Assembly (NCBI GenBank): GCA_035250025.1
Contig: DATFFO010000082.1
Location: 1 to 59,394 of the forward strand
DNA length: 59,394 bases
Source: Acidimicrobiia bacterium
GTDB lineage: Bacteria; Actinomycetota; Acidimicrobiia; Spongiisociales; ZC4RG35
Reading direction: 5' to 3'
Shown one piece after another: positions 16,683 to 26,491 of the stretch (position 1 is its first letter; the number at the start of each line of letters is the position of its first letter). A program made the translations under genes and the position numbers. Below the pieces are notes generated by a model, which was given only the letters and a program-made list of their open reading frames with translations, did not search any database and had not been told where the DNA came from.

Positions 16683-18785
16683 ATGACTGCATCGCCGCCG
16701 ACGGCCGACGTGCCCGATGCCGTGTCGGTCATCGACGCCGAGGGGAGGTTGGTCGCCGAGGATCCCGGGCTTCCGGCCGAGCTGTATCAGGAGCTGTACC
16801 GCAAGATGGTCCTCGCCCGCACCCTCGACCGGAGGATGCTGGCGCTCCAACGGCAGGGACGGGTGGGGACGTATCCAATGCTCGAGGGTCAGGAGGCGGT
16901 ACAGATCGGCTCGGCTCTGGCCCTGGCTCCCGACGACTACCTCTTCCCGTCGTACCGGGAGCACGGAGTCCAGATCGCCCGCGGACTTCCCGTCGAGGTT
17001 TTCATGTCGTATTGGCGGGGCCTCCCCAACTCGGATTGGGACGTCGCCAAGTACCGCCAGGGCATCATCACCGTGCCCATCGCCAGCCAGCTCCCCCACG
17101 CCGTCGGCTATTCCTACGTCACCAAGCTGGCGGGAGAGGACACGGTCACGGCCGTGTACTTCGGCGACGGGGCGACGTCGGAAGTCGACTTCCATTCGGG
17201 CATGAACTTCGCCGGCGTCTGGAAGACGCCGACCGTGTTCATCTGCTCCAACAACCTCTACGCCATCAGCGTCCCTTACGAGTTGCAGACCGCCTCTCCC
17301 ACCATCGCCCAAAAGGCGCTGGCCTATGGATTCGACGGGGTGAGAGTGGACGGGATGGATCCGATCGCCGTGTATCTCACGACGCGGGAGGCGGTGGAGA
17401 AGGCCAGGAGCGGCGGCGGACCCACCCTGATCGAGGCCATGACGTATCGCTACGGCGCCCACGCCACCGCCGACGACGCCCGGTTGTATCGCGACGCCGC
17501 CGAAGAGGACGGGTGGCGACAGCGGGACCCGATCACCCGTCTCGAGCGGTTCCTGGAATCCCGCCGCGAGTGGGATGAGGCGGTCGGGGAGAAGGTCGCC
17601 GCCGAGACGACCGACCAGGTCGAAGCCGCCATCACCGAGATCGAGGCGCGCGCCCTTCCCGGTCGCGACGAGGCCATCCGCCACGGCTTCCACCGGATAC
17701 CGACCCACGTCGTCGACCAGCTTCATGCCATGCAACGTGCCCACGATGAGGAGGAAACCCCCTTCTCGCCCGACGAGATGTGGAGTGTCGGGCGGGACAC
17801 CCTTCCGGACGGCGCAACGGAGCGCTGGACCATGGCTGAGGCCATCAACGCAGCCCTCCATCAGGCGATGGAACGGAGCGACCAGACGATCCTCCTCGGT
17901 GAGGACATCGGCGTGTCGGGCGGCGTGTTCCGTATCACGGAGGGCCTACAGCAGAAGTACGGTCCGGCCCGGGTCATCGACACGCCTCTCAACGAGTCCG
18001 GGATCGTCGGAACCGCTGTCGGCATGGCGCTGGCCGGTGCCCGCCCCGTCCCCGAGATCCAGTTCGACGGCTTCGTCTATCCGGCCTTCGACCAGATCGT
18101 CTCTCACCTCGGCCGCTTCCGGTATCGGACCCGGGGCCACGCCTCGGTCCCGGTCGTGGTTCGCTTCCCGAGCGGCGCCGGGATCGGAGCCCACGAGCAC
18201 CACTGCGACTCCCCCGAGGCCTACTTCGTCCACGCCCCCGGCCTGGTGGTGGTTTGCCCTTCCACCCCGATCGACGCCAAAGGCCTGCTGGCGGCGGCGC
18301 TAGAAGGCGAGGACCCTGTGATCTTCCTCGAACCGAAGGTGCTCTACCGGGCGGGCCGGGAGGACGTCCCCGTCGACCATTACACGTTGCCCATCGGGCG
18401 GGCGCGGGTACGCCGAACCGGCACCGACGCCACCATCGTCACCTACGGCGGGATGGTGCCGGTCTGCCTCGAGGCCGCCGATCAGGTGGAGGCGTCGGTC
18501 GAGGTGATAGATCTCCGTACCCTCTTCCCCTGGGACCGGGAAACGGTGCTCGACTCGGTCCGCCGCACCGGCCGACTGCTCGTTGTCCAGGAGCCGCAGG
18601 GAGCGGCCGGCGTCGCATCCGACGTGGCGGCGGTGGTCGGCGAGGAAGCGATCTTCGACCTCGTGGCACCCATCCACCGCGTCACGGGCTTCGACGTGCC
18701 CTGGCCGCAGTTCGCCATCGAACGCCACGGCCTCGTCGACGCCGCCCGCGTCTCCATGGAACTGCGCGCTCTCCTTGACGACTGA
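16683..18785 (+). CDS. 2-oxoacid dehydrogenase E1 component, fused alpha/beta subunits
   Basis: ATG 16683 (MTASPPTAD...). The alpha half has the TPP motif YFGDGATSEVDFHSGMNFA. The beta half has LLGEDIGVSGGVFR and EIQFDGF. Both lie in one uninterrupted frame. The ORF-track N-terminus from 16494 is repeat-encoded and rejected. Confidence 0.9.
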   Translation: MTASPPTADVPDAVSVIDAEGRLVAEDPGLPAELYQELYRKMVLARTLDRRMLALQRQGRVGTYPMLEGQEAVQIGSALALAPDDYLFPSYREHGVQIARGLPVEVFMSYWRGLPNSDWDVAKYRQGIITVPIASQLPHAVGYSYVTKLAGEDTVTAVYFGDGATSEVDFHSGMNFAGVWKTPTVFICSNNLYAISVPYELQTASPTIAQKALAYGFDGVRVDGMDPIAVYLTTREAVEKARSGGGPTLIEAMTYRYGAHATADDARLYRDAAEEDGWRQRDPITRLERFLESRREWDEAVGEKVAAETTDQVEAAITEIEARALPGRDEAIRHGFHRIPTHVVDQLHAMQRAHDEEETPFSPDEMWSVGRDTLPDGATERWTMAEAINAALHQAMERSDQTILLGEDIGVSGGVFRITEGLQQKYGPARVIDTPLNESGIVGTAVGMALAGARPVPEIQFDGFVYPAFDQIVSHLGRFRYRTRGHASVPVVVRFPSGAGIGAHEHHCDSPEAYFVHAPGLVVVCPSTPIDAKGLLAAALEGEDPVIFLEPKVLYRAGREDVPVDHYTLPIGRARVRRTGTDATIVTYGGMVPVCLEAADQVEASVEVIDLRTLFPWDRETVLDSVRRTGRLLVVQEPQGAAGVASDVAAVVGEEAIFDLVAPIHRVTGFDVPWPQFAIERHGLVDAARVSMELRALLDD

Positions 18786-18798
18786 TCCGAAGCCGCCG

Positions 18799-19533
18799 GT
18801 GCTCGAGTTGACGGCGCCCATCAGACAGGAGGGCAACAGCGGTGAAGCGGCCGTGCTGATCCATGGCTTCACCGGCCACCCCGGGCACTGGATCCCCACG
18901 GCCGACTACCTCGCCGTCAGGGGCCACACCGTCGTGGCGCCCCGGTTGCCCGGCCACGGGACCAGCCCGGCAGACCTCGCCTCCACAACAGCAGAGGACT
19001 GGATCGACTCGGCCCTCGTCGCTTCCCGTTCGGTCGCCGATCATCGCCGGGTTCATCTCGTCGGTCTGTCCATGGGCGGCCTCATCGGCATCCTCATCGC
19101 CCGTCCCACCGCCGCCGCCTCGATCACGACGATCAACAGTCCTGTGTTCACTCAGGACCACAAGGTGACCCTGGCCCCCCTGGCAAAGCACTGGGTGCCG
19201 GAGACCCGCCCGGCCGCCTCCCCGCCGCCGGACCCGGATCTCGCTCATCTCTGGCGCCCTTACGCCACCCTGCCCACCGCTTCAGTCGCCGAACTCATGA
19301 CGATCATCCGCCGCGCCTTCCGCGCCGCGGGTCGATTGCGGCGACCGGCGTTGGTCATCCAGTCCCGGGCCGACGAGACCGTGCGACCCCGGTCGGGCAC
19401 GATCCTGGCCCGCCGTCTCGACGCCCGCCTCCTCTGGCTGGAGCATTCCCGCCACAACGCCTTACTGGACCCGGCCCGGTCGCTCGTCCAGGAAGCGGTG
19501 GCCGGCTTGATCGAGACTCCGAGCGACGCCTGA
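18799..19533 (+). CDS. alpha/beta-hydrolase (carboxylesterase/monoacylglycerol-lipase-like)
   Basis: GTG 18799. Contains HGFTGHPG and the nucleophile elbow GLSMGG. Confidence 0.8.
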   Translation: MLELTAPIRQEGNSGEAAVLIHGFTGHPGHWIPTADYLAVRGHTVVAPRLPGHGTSPADLASTTAEDWIDSALVASRSVADHRRVHLVGLSMGGLIGILIARPTAAASITTINSPVFTQDHKVTLAPLAKHWVPETRPAASPPPDPDLAHLWRPYATLPTASVAELMTIIRRAFRAAGRLRRPALVIQSRADETVRPRSGTILARRLDARLLWLEHSRHNALLDPARSLVQEAVAGLIETPSDA

Positions 19534-19562
19534 GCCCGTTGTGGCTACCCTGAGATGCGGTC

Positions 19563-19781
19563 ATGGGCTCGGAACGCAACACCGGACGACGGCGCCGCCG
19601 CAAGGCGCAAGCCGACTGCCGCCAGGGCATCCATCGCTTCGCCGCCCCCCAGCTGATCGGTGGCGGGATGTCGCGCCAGACATGCTCCGTGTGCGGGGCC
19701 GTCTCCATCGATCTCCGCAACGCCGACGATCCCGCCTCGCTGCGGCCCCCGCCCTTCCGGGGCGGCGGCCGCCGTCAGTGA
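19563..19781 (+). CDS. hypothetical small Arg-rich protein (72 aa)
   Basis: ATG start. Third codon positions are mostly G/C, as in the real genes here, and the ORF fills the gap upstream of the Nudix gene. No recognisable domain. Confidence 0.3.
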   Translation: MGSERNTGRRRRRKAQADCRQGIHRFAAPQLIGGGMSRQTCSVCGAVSIDLRNADDPASLRPPPFRGGGRRQ

Positions 19782-19798
19782 GCCCGCGGACGCAGAAG

Positions 19799-20665
19799 GT
19801 GGCTGTCCGCGCCTCAGGCGGTGTCGTGGTGCGCGGCGCCGGTCCAACCACCGAGGTGGTCGTCGTTCACCGGCCCCGATACGACGACTGGACACTTCCC
19901 AAGGGCAAGGACGATCCGGGCGAGAGCGGACGCCAGGCCGCCCTGCGCGAGGTGTGGGAGGAGACCGGACTCCGCTGCCGCATCGTCGGTGAGGCCGGAA
20001 CAACTCGCTACGCCGTCTCGGCCGGCCCGAAGGAAGTCCGCTATTTCGCCATGCGCGCCTATCGGGCCGCGCCCTTCGTCCCCAACGACGAGGTCGATGA
20101 GGTCCGCTGGATGGGCGTCAAGAAGGCCCGCAAACAGCTCAGCTATGACTACGACCGCAAACTGCTGGGCGACCTCGACTTCGGCGCTGCCACAGTTCAC
20201 TCCGACCTCCACCTGGTCCGTCATACCGCGGCAGGCGACCGCTCGAGATGGAAAGGTCCGGACGAGGAGCGGCCGCTCACCAAGAAGGGCGAGGCCCAGG
20301 CCCGAACGCTGGCAGAGGAACTCGCCGGCATCGGCGTTACACGAGTCCTGTCCAGCCGGTATCTGCGCTGCGTGCAGACTGTGGATCCGCTGGCTAGACA
20401 CCTCGACGTGAAAGTCGAGGACCATGAAGGGTTGGCCGAGGGTGCGGGCCGAAAGGCAGTCGCCTCTGTCCTGGCCGAAGTGGCCGGCACGACCACAGTG
20501 CTGTGCTCTCACGGGGATGTGATCCCCGCCATGCTGGAGCAGCTGGCTCGCCAGGGAACGAAGTTCCTATCCCCCCTCGCATGTCAGAAGGGGTCGACCT
20601 GGAGCATCGCCCACGACGGGAAGAACTTCATCGAAGCGCGATATCTGCCGCCTTCCGAACCCTGA
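19799..20665 (+). CDS. Nudix hydrolase fused to histidine-phosphatase domain (MutT1-like)
   Basis: GTG 19799. The Nudix box is GKDDPGESGRQAALREVWEETGL, followed by LVRHTAAG ... CSHGD of the histidine phosphatase superfamily. Confidence 0.82.
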   Translation: MAVRASGGVVVRGAGPTTEVVVVHRPRYDDWTLPKGKDDPGESGRQAALREVWEETGLRCRIVGEAGTTRYAVSAGPKEVRYFAMRAYRAAPFVPNDEVDEVRWMGVKKARKQLSYDYDRKLLGDLDFGAATVHSDLHLVRHTAAGDRSRWKGPDEERPLTKKGEAQARTLAEELAGIGVTRVLSSRYLRCVQTVDPLARHLDVKVEDHEGLAEGAGRKAVASVLAEVAGTTTVLCSHGDVIPAMLEQLARQGTKFLSPLACQKGSTWSIAHDGKNFIEARYLPPSEP

Positions 20666-20855
20666 ACGCGACTGATTCGCCCGTCTCATCTGGGGCGGGC
20701 CGCAGAGGCATTAGCATCTGCAAGTCGCCGCGGCGGGAGGCGCATCCCGAGTTCTCCAGACCCCCTCAGGACGCCACCCGCCCGGCGGCTACGGAGAGTC
20801 TGTCTCGCGACGGACCCGAGCGTTACACCCTTCTAAGGGAACGCCGATCGCCCTC

Positions 20856-23800
20856 TTACTCGAGACCGAGGGCGGCATTGACCAGAGCGGCCTGCTGTTG
20901 GCGATGCACACGGGCCGAGCCGGTGGCCGGGCTGCCGGCGCTCGCCCGGCCGGCGTACCGCGCCTCTCGGCCGAACACGTCGCGAAGACGGGGCCATAGG
21001 AAGCCGTAGGCACCCATGTTCTTGGGCTCCTCCTGGCACCAAACGAGCTCGGCGTCGGCATACCTTTCCGCCAGCGCCTCCATCTCTTCGGTGGGCACCG
21101 GGTAGAGCTGGGCCAGACGGACGATGGCGACGTCTGTCAGCCCCGCCTCGCTCCTGCGGGCGTCGAGGTCGTGGTAGACCTTGCCCGAACAGAGGACGAG
21201 ACGCGATGCCTGCGGAACGTCCTCGAGGACGAGCGGCTCGAAGCGGCCCCGCTCGAGGACCTCGGCCGCCACGAACGCGGCCCTGTTCCGCAGAAGCGAC
21301 TTCGGCGTGAAGACGATGAGGGGCTTGCGGGGGCGTCGCACGGCCTGGCGACGGAGGAGGTGAAAGTACTGGCCCGACGTCGAAGGCAACACCACGCGCA
21401 GATTGTCGCCGGCGCACAGTTCCAGGAATCTCTCGATGCGGGCCGAAGAGTGCTCCGGCCCCTGACCCTCGTATCCGTGCGGCAGCAGCATCGTGAGGCC
21501 CGAGGTCTCCCCCCACTTGGATTCCCCGGCGGCGATGAACTGGTCGATCACCACCTGGGCGCCGTTGACGAAGTCACCGAACTGCGCCTCCCACATGACC
21601 AGCGCCTCGGGCCATTCGGTGGAGTACCCGTACTCGAAACCGACGGCGGCAAACTCCGACAGGAGCGAGTCGACGACCCGGACGCGGGCCTCCCCGTCGG
21701 TCAATGTCTGGAGTGGGACCCAAGACTCGCCCGTGTTGTAGTCGACCATCTCCGCGTGCCGGTGGCTGAAGGTGCCTCGCCGCGAGTCCTCGCCTGCCAG
21801 CCGCACCGGGATCCCTTGCTTGGCGAGTGATCCGAACGCCAGCGCCTCTGCCGTGCCCCAGTCGACCAAGTCGTCGGCGAGGGCGTTGCGACGTTCTGTG
21901 ACCAGCCGCTCCAGTTTGGGGTGGATCGTGAAGCCGTCCGGCACCGCGGTGATGTAGTCCAGCACCTCGTCGAGAACCCGCCGCTCGACGGCAGTCGGCG
22001 GATCGACCTCCTCCACGGCCGGCTTCTCCGTGATCGAGGGAACGGTCGGGTCCCGCGTGCTCTTGAAGGCGGTGTCGAGGAGCTGGCGGTACTCGGCCAG
22101 GAGCTGATCGGCCTTCTCGGTAGGAAGCTCCCCGGTGCTGATCAAACGGTCCAGGTACAGCTTCCGGACCGAGGGATGCTCGTCGATCTTCTTGTACATC
22201 AGGGGCTGGGTGTAGGACGGCTCGTCGCCCTCGTTGTGACCTCTCCGCCGGTAGCACACCATGTCGATGACGACGTCCTTCTCGAACTCCTGGCGGAAGG
22301 CGAAGGCGAGGCGGGCCGCCCGGGTGACCGCTTCCGGGTCGTCGCCATTGACATGGATGATCGGGGCCTGCACCGTCTTGGCGACGTCGGTGGCGTAGAA
22401 GCTGGACCGGGCATCCCTGGTCGAGGTGGTGAAGCCGACCTGGTTGTTGATCACGATGTGCACCGTGCCGCCCGTGCGATAACCCCGCAGCTGGGACAGG
22501 TTGTGCGTCTCGACCACCACCCCCTGGCCGGCATAGGCGGCATCGCCGTGGAGAATGATCGGGAGCACCTGCTCGTGACCGTCCCCGCCGATTTGCTCCT
22601 GCTTGGCCCGGGCGGCGCCCTCGAGCACCGGCCCGACCGCTTCGAGGTGGCTGGGATTTGCCACCATCTCCACCTCGATGTCGCCTTCGACCGTCTGATA
22701 CGTGCCCTTGGCGCCGAGGTGGTACTTGACGTCGTCGGCGCCCCCCACCGCTCCGGGGATGAGATCGCCGTCGAACTCACGGAAGATCTGGGCGGGCGAC
22801 TTGCCGATGATGTTGGTGAGCACGTTGAGCCGCCCGCGGTGGGCCATCCCGATCACGGCCGCGGACATTCCGGCTTCCACCGCCTCGCCGAGCACGGCGT
22901 CGAGTAGCGGGATGAGCGATTCGGCTCCCTCCAGCCCGAACCGCTTCTGCCCCACGTACTTGGTGTGGAGGAACGTCTCGAACGACTCAGCCTCGTTGAG
23001 CTTGCGAAGGATGCGGACCCGCTCCTCGGGCGTGGCGGGAGCGGCCGGCACCTCGACCCGGTCCTGGATCCATCGCTTCTGTTCGGACTCCTGGATGTGC
23101 ATGTACTCGACGCCGATCGATCGGCAGTAGGCGTCACGGAGCAGGGAGAGGATCTTCCCCAGCCGCATCGTGGGCGTGCCGAGGATGCCACCGGTGGCGA
23201 ACTCACGGTCGAGGTCCCAGATCGTCAGGTTGTAGGACAGCGGGTCGAGTTCCTCGTACATACGAGGCGGCTCCATCCGCAACGGATCGAGGTCGGCGAT
23301 GAGGTGACCGCGCACGCGGTAGGCGTTGATGATCCGGAAGACCTTGGCCTGCTTCTCGATCCATTCCTTGCTGCCGATCGGAGGGTTGAAGTCGGTCGCC
23401 CACCGAGCCGGGGTGTAGGGGATATCGAGCACCGAGAAGATCCCGTCGTAGAAGCCGTCCTCTCCCAGGAGGAGGCGGTGGATCTCGGCCAACAACTCGC
23501 CCGACTGCGCCCCCTGGATCACCCGATGGTCGTAGGTCGACGTGAGAGTGACGATGCGCCCGATGCCCATGCGGGCGCGGTGGTCGGGGTCGGATGCCTC
23601 GAACTCCGGCGGATACGCAATGGCGCCCACCCCGATGATCACACCCTGGTCGGGCATGAGGCGGGGCACCGACTGGACGGTGCCGATGGTCCCCGGGTTC
23701 GTGAGGGTGGCGGTCGTTCGGGCGAAGTCGTCGGGGCTGAGCTTGTTGGCGCGGGTCTTGGCGACGATGTCCTCGTAAGCCTTCCAGAACTGGCGGAAGT

Positions 23801-24383
23801 CCATCTGGTCGGCGCCCTTGATGTTGGGCACCAGTAGGACCCTGGACCCGTCGGGCCGTTCGAGGTCGATGGCGAGGCCGAGGTTGACCTCGGGATGACG
23901 CAGGATGTAGCCGACCCCGTCGATCTCGGCAAACGAGACACTCATCTCCGGGTGGTCGCGTAGCGCCCGCACGATGGCCCAACCGATGAGGTGCGTGAAG
24001 CTGACCTTGCCGCCTTCCGTCAGGCGCCTGAGCTGGTTGTTGATGATGACCCGGTTGACCTCGAGCAGCTTGGCCGGGATCGTGCGCATCGAAGTCGCCG
24101 TCGGGACCGCCAGGCTCTCGTCCATCCGCTGGGCGATGACTCCAGAGATGCCCCTGAGAGCGGTGGCGTTGTCGGGGGTTTGGGCCCGGGACTTCTCCGG
24201 AGGCGGGGTCGGGGGCGGCGTCGGGGACGGGGGCGGGGGCGGGGTCGCCGGCGCCCCGTTGCCCTCGAAGAACCGGCGCCACTCATCACTGACTGAGCGC
24301 GGTGAGTCGAGATATCTCTCCCGCATCTCCTCCAGCAGCCATTCATTCCGACCGGCGCCGGCCCCTCCGGATTCTTCGACCAT
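20856..24383 (-). CDS. kgd: multifunctional 2-oxoglutarate dehydrogenase E1 / decarboxylase with E2-like acyltransferase domain
   Basis: ATG 24383 (MVEESGG...). A Pro-rich linker is followed by an E2-like catalytic segment with DHRVIQGA, then a long E1o TPP-dependent region. Confidence 0.93.
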   Translation of the reverse strand: MVEESGGAGAGRNEWLLEEMRERYLDSPRSVSDEWRRFFEGNGAPATPPPPPSPTPPPTPPPEKSRAQTPDNATALRGISGVIAQRMDESLAVPTATSMRTIPAKLLEVNRVIINNQLRRLTEGGKVSFTHLIGWAIVRALRDHPEMSVSFAEIDGVGYILRHPEVNLGLAIDLERPDGSRVLLVPNIKGADQMDFRQFWKAYEDIVAKTRANKLSPDDFARTTATLTNPGTIGTVQSVPRLMPDQGVIIGVGAIAYPPEFEASDPDHRARMGIGRIVTLTSTYDHRVIQGAQSGELLAEIHRLLLGEDGFYDGIFSVLDIPYTPARWATDFNPPIGSKEWIEKQAKVFRIINAYRVRGHLIADLDPLRMEPPRMYEELDPLSYNLTIWDLDREFATGGILGTPTMRLGKILSLLRDAYCRSIGVEYMHIQESEQKRWIQDRVEVPAAPATPEERVRILRKLNEAESFETFLHTKYVGQKRFGLEGAESLIPLLDAVLGEAVEAGMSAAVIGMAHRGRLNVLTNIIGKSPAQIFREFDGDLIPGAVGGADDVKYHLGAKGTYQTVEGDIEVEMVANPSHLEAVGPVLEGAARAKQEQIGGDGHEQVLPIILHGDAAYAGQGVVVETHNLSQLRGYRTGGTVHIVINNQVGFTTSTRDARSSFYATDVAKTVQAPIIHVNGDDPEAVTRAARLAFAFRQEFEKDVVIDMVCYRRRGHNEGDEPSYTQPLMYKKIDEHPSVRKLYLDRLISTGELPTEKADQLLAEYRQLLDTAFKSTRDPTVPSITEKPAVEEVDPPTAVERRVLDEVLDYITAVPDGFTIHPKLERLVTERRNALADDLVDWGTAEALAFGSLAKQGIPVRLAGEDSRRGTFSHRHAEMVDYNTGESWVPLQTLTDGEARVRVVDSLLSEFAAVGFEYGYSTEWPEALVMWEAQFGDFVNGAQVVIDQFIAAGESKWGETSGLTMLLPHGYEGQGPEHSSARIERFLELCAGDNLRVVLPSTSGQYFHLLRRQAVRRPRKPLIVFTPKSLLRNRAAFVAAEVLERGRFEPLVLEDVPQASRLVLCSGKVYHDLDARRSEAGLTDVAIVRLAQLYPVPTEEMEALAERYADAELVWCQEEPKNMGAYGFLWPRLRDVFGREARYAGRASAGSPATGSARVHRQQQAALVNAALGLE

Positions 24384-24420
24384 CCCCCGATTGTATCGAC
24401 GCCGCCTCGCTGTCCTCCCA

Positions 24421-24626
24421 GAGACGGAAGACGGAAGACGGAAGTTCCGGTGATGTCGCAGCGTTTCGCTACCCCGGGTCACTGTTCGGGCGGATTCAGC
24501 GCAGGCACCCGGCGGGTTCTTTCGACCGTGGGGAACGGCCCCGCCCTTCTTTCGACCATGGGGAACGGATACCGTCTGCCACCGTCAAATTAAAAGGGCC
24601 AGGCCGTTCCCCCTCGTCCAAAGAAC
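24421..24626 (+). repeat. Family-2 intergenic repeat (ACGGAAG heptads plus 22-nt units)
   Basis: GAGACGGAAGACGGAAGACGGAAGTT is followed by TTCTTTCGACCGTGGGGAACGG at 24517 and 24547, and by the inverted unit CCGTTCCCCCTCGTCCAAAGAA at 24604. A related copy in the opposite orientation is at 44560-44701. Confidence 0.8.
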
Positions 24627-24724
24627 TGCTCCGGACGGCGTTGCCTTCACTGAACTTGCCGGGCACCAGTCCGGACTGCCACGAGGCCACCTGCCGCCCG
24701 CCCCCCAAAATTCAAACGCACCGC

Positions 24725-26491
24725 TTAGGCCGTCTTCGTGCCGGCCACCCAGTCCTCGTAGAGGGCGGCGTATACGCCGCCCGCCTTCACCAGGTCGTGG
24801 TGATGGCCGCGCTCGACCAAACGGCCCTGGTCGAAGACCAGCACCTCGTCGGCTGCCTCCGCCGTGGCCAGGCGGTGGGCGATGGTCACCGAGGTGCGAC
24901 CCGAGGTCAGCCGGTCGATCGCCCGCCGGATCTGGACGTCGAGGGCGGGATCGACGGCCGACGTGGCCTCATCCAGGACGAGAAGGTCCGGGGCGGAGAT
25001 CCAGGCCCGAACCAGGGCGACCAGTTGCCGTTCACCGGCGGAGAGGTTGCCGCCCCTCTCCCCCACTTCGGTGGCGGTCCGGCTGGGGAGCGATGCCAGC
25101 CAACCGTCGAGGCCCAGCTCGAGAAAGGCCGTCTCCACCTCCCGAGGACCGGCGCTGGGACTGCCGTAGCGGACGTTGTCGGCGATCGTGCCCTCGAACA
25201 GGAATCCCTCCTGGGGGACGAAGGCCACCCGGGAACGAAGGCTGGCAAACGAGACCTGCCTCAGGTCGAGCCCTTCGATGCGAATGGTTCCCGCCTCGGG
25301 GTCGAGCATCCGGACGAGGAGCTTGGCGAAAGTGGTCTTCCCGGAGCCGGTCTCACCCACCACCGCCACCCGCATCCCCGGCTCGATCTCGACGCTCACT
25401 GCGCTCAGCACGTCGGGGCCGGAGGGATAGCGGAAGGTAACGTCCTCGAACTCGATGCCGAGGGTTCCCTGGGGTAGGTCAACGGGATCGGGCGCCTCGG
25501 TCAGTTCGTCCACCCGATCGAGCGCTTCGACTACCCGGCGCAGGCCCGAGGCGGCGCTCTGGGCGAAGTCGAGAATCTCGACCAGGCTCTGCACCGGCTC
25601 GATGAGGAGGTTCACCAGGAAGAGGAAGGCGAGCAGCACCCCGGCGCTGACGCCGGCGCCTCCACCGGTTCCCAGGAACAGGCCGACAGCGATGACCCCG
25701 GCGGTGAGCGAGGCCGCGAACAGCTCCGCCGTGGAGAAGAGAGCATTGCCAAAAGCGGCTGTCTTGAACTCGACGCGAAAGCGCTTCTCCAGCGCGTCCC
25801 GGACCCTGTCGAAGGTGCGCGTCTCGACTCCGTAGGCACGCACTTCGGGGAGGGCGGTGATGGCTTCGCCCATCACCGCCAACGAGTCGGCGACCACGCC
25901 CCTCACCCGGTCGTAGTTGCGCTGGAGGATGCGCTGGAACCAGAGGAGGACCGCGGCGTACACGACAACGGCGGCCACGACGATGAGGGCGAGCCGGACC
26001 TCGTAAACGGCCATGACGACAATGGCGATGAAGACCTGGGTGATGTTGACCACGAAGACAACACCGCCCCACTCAGTGAACTCCTGCACCGTCGAGATGT
26101 CAGAGGTGACGCGAGAGACGAGGGCGCCTCGCCGCTCCGATTGCACGTGCAGCACGGAACTCGAGATCAGGCGCCCGAACACCTTGACCCTCAGGTCGGA
26201 GAGGCCGGTGGCGGCCTGGCGGGCGAGCCGGATCATGGCAGCCCGGCCGAGCAGCGCTCCCACGACAAGGACGACGGCGGCGATTCCGACCTTGGAGAGA
26301 ACTCCACCCACGTCGACCTGGCCGCCGGTCAGATCCCCGTCCATGGTCTGCTGGATGAGGACCGGGATCAACACCTGGATGCCGGTGCCGGCGGCGTTCA
26401 TCAGCAGGATGAGCCAGAGCTGATGACCGAGCGCCGGCGCCTCGACGAAGGCCCTCCTGAGCACGCTGATCGTGGATGCCGACTCCGTCAC
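24725..26491 (-). CDS. ABC exporter, fused permease/ATP-binding protein
   Basis: N-terminal 6-TM exporter domain. The NBD has GETGSGKTT, LSAGERQ and LLVLDEATS. The start overlaps the upstream partner stop by 4 nt. Confidence 0.9.
   Translation of the reverse strand: MTESASTISVLRRAFVEAPALGHQLWLILLMNAAGTGIQVLIPVLIQQTMDGDLTGGQVDVGGVLSKVGIAAVVLVVGALLGRAAMIRLARQAATGLSDLRVKVFGRLISSSVLHVQSERRGALVSRVTSDISTVQEFTEWGGVVFVVNITQVFIAIVVMAVYEVRLALIVVAAVVVYAAVLLWFQRILQRNYDRVRGVVADSLAVMGEAITALPEVRAYGVETRTFDRVRDALEKRFRVEFKTAAFGNALFSTAELFAASLTAGVIAVGLFLGTGGGAGVSAGVLLAFLFLVNLLIEPVQSLVEILDFAQSAASGLRRVVEALDRVDELTEAPDPVDLPQGTLGIEFEDVTFRYPSGPDVLSAVSVEIEPGMRVAVVGETGSGKTTFAKLLVRMLDPEAGTIRIEGLDLRQVSFASLRSRVAFVPQEGFLFEGTIADNVRYGSPSAGPREVETAFLELGLDGWLASLPSRTATEVGERGGNLSAGERQLVALVRAWISAPDLLVLDEATSAVDPALDVQIRRAIDRLTSGRTSVTIAHRLATAEAADEVLVFDQGRLVERGHHHDLVKAGGVYAALYEDWVAGTKTA

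Noticed and set aside
12427-16700. Search for a gasdermin-like, Cas7-11/gRAMP-like or NTPase partner next to the CHAT and S8 genes.
   Set aside because: No additional credible ORF exists between hisC and the E1 gene, because the remaining space is occupied by family-1 repeats. The pair therefore cannot be assigned to those known systems.
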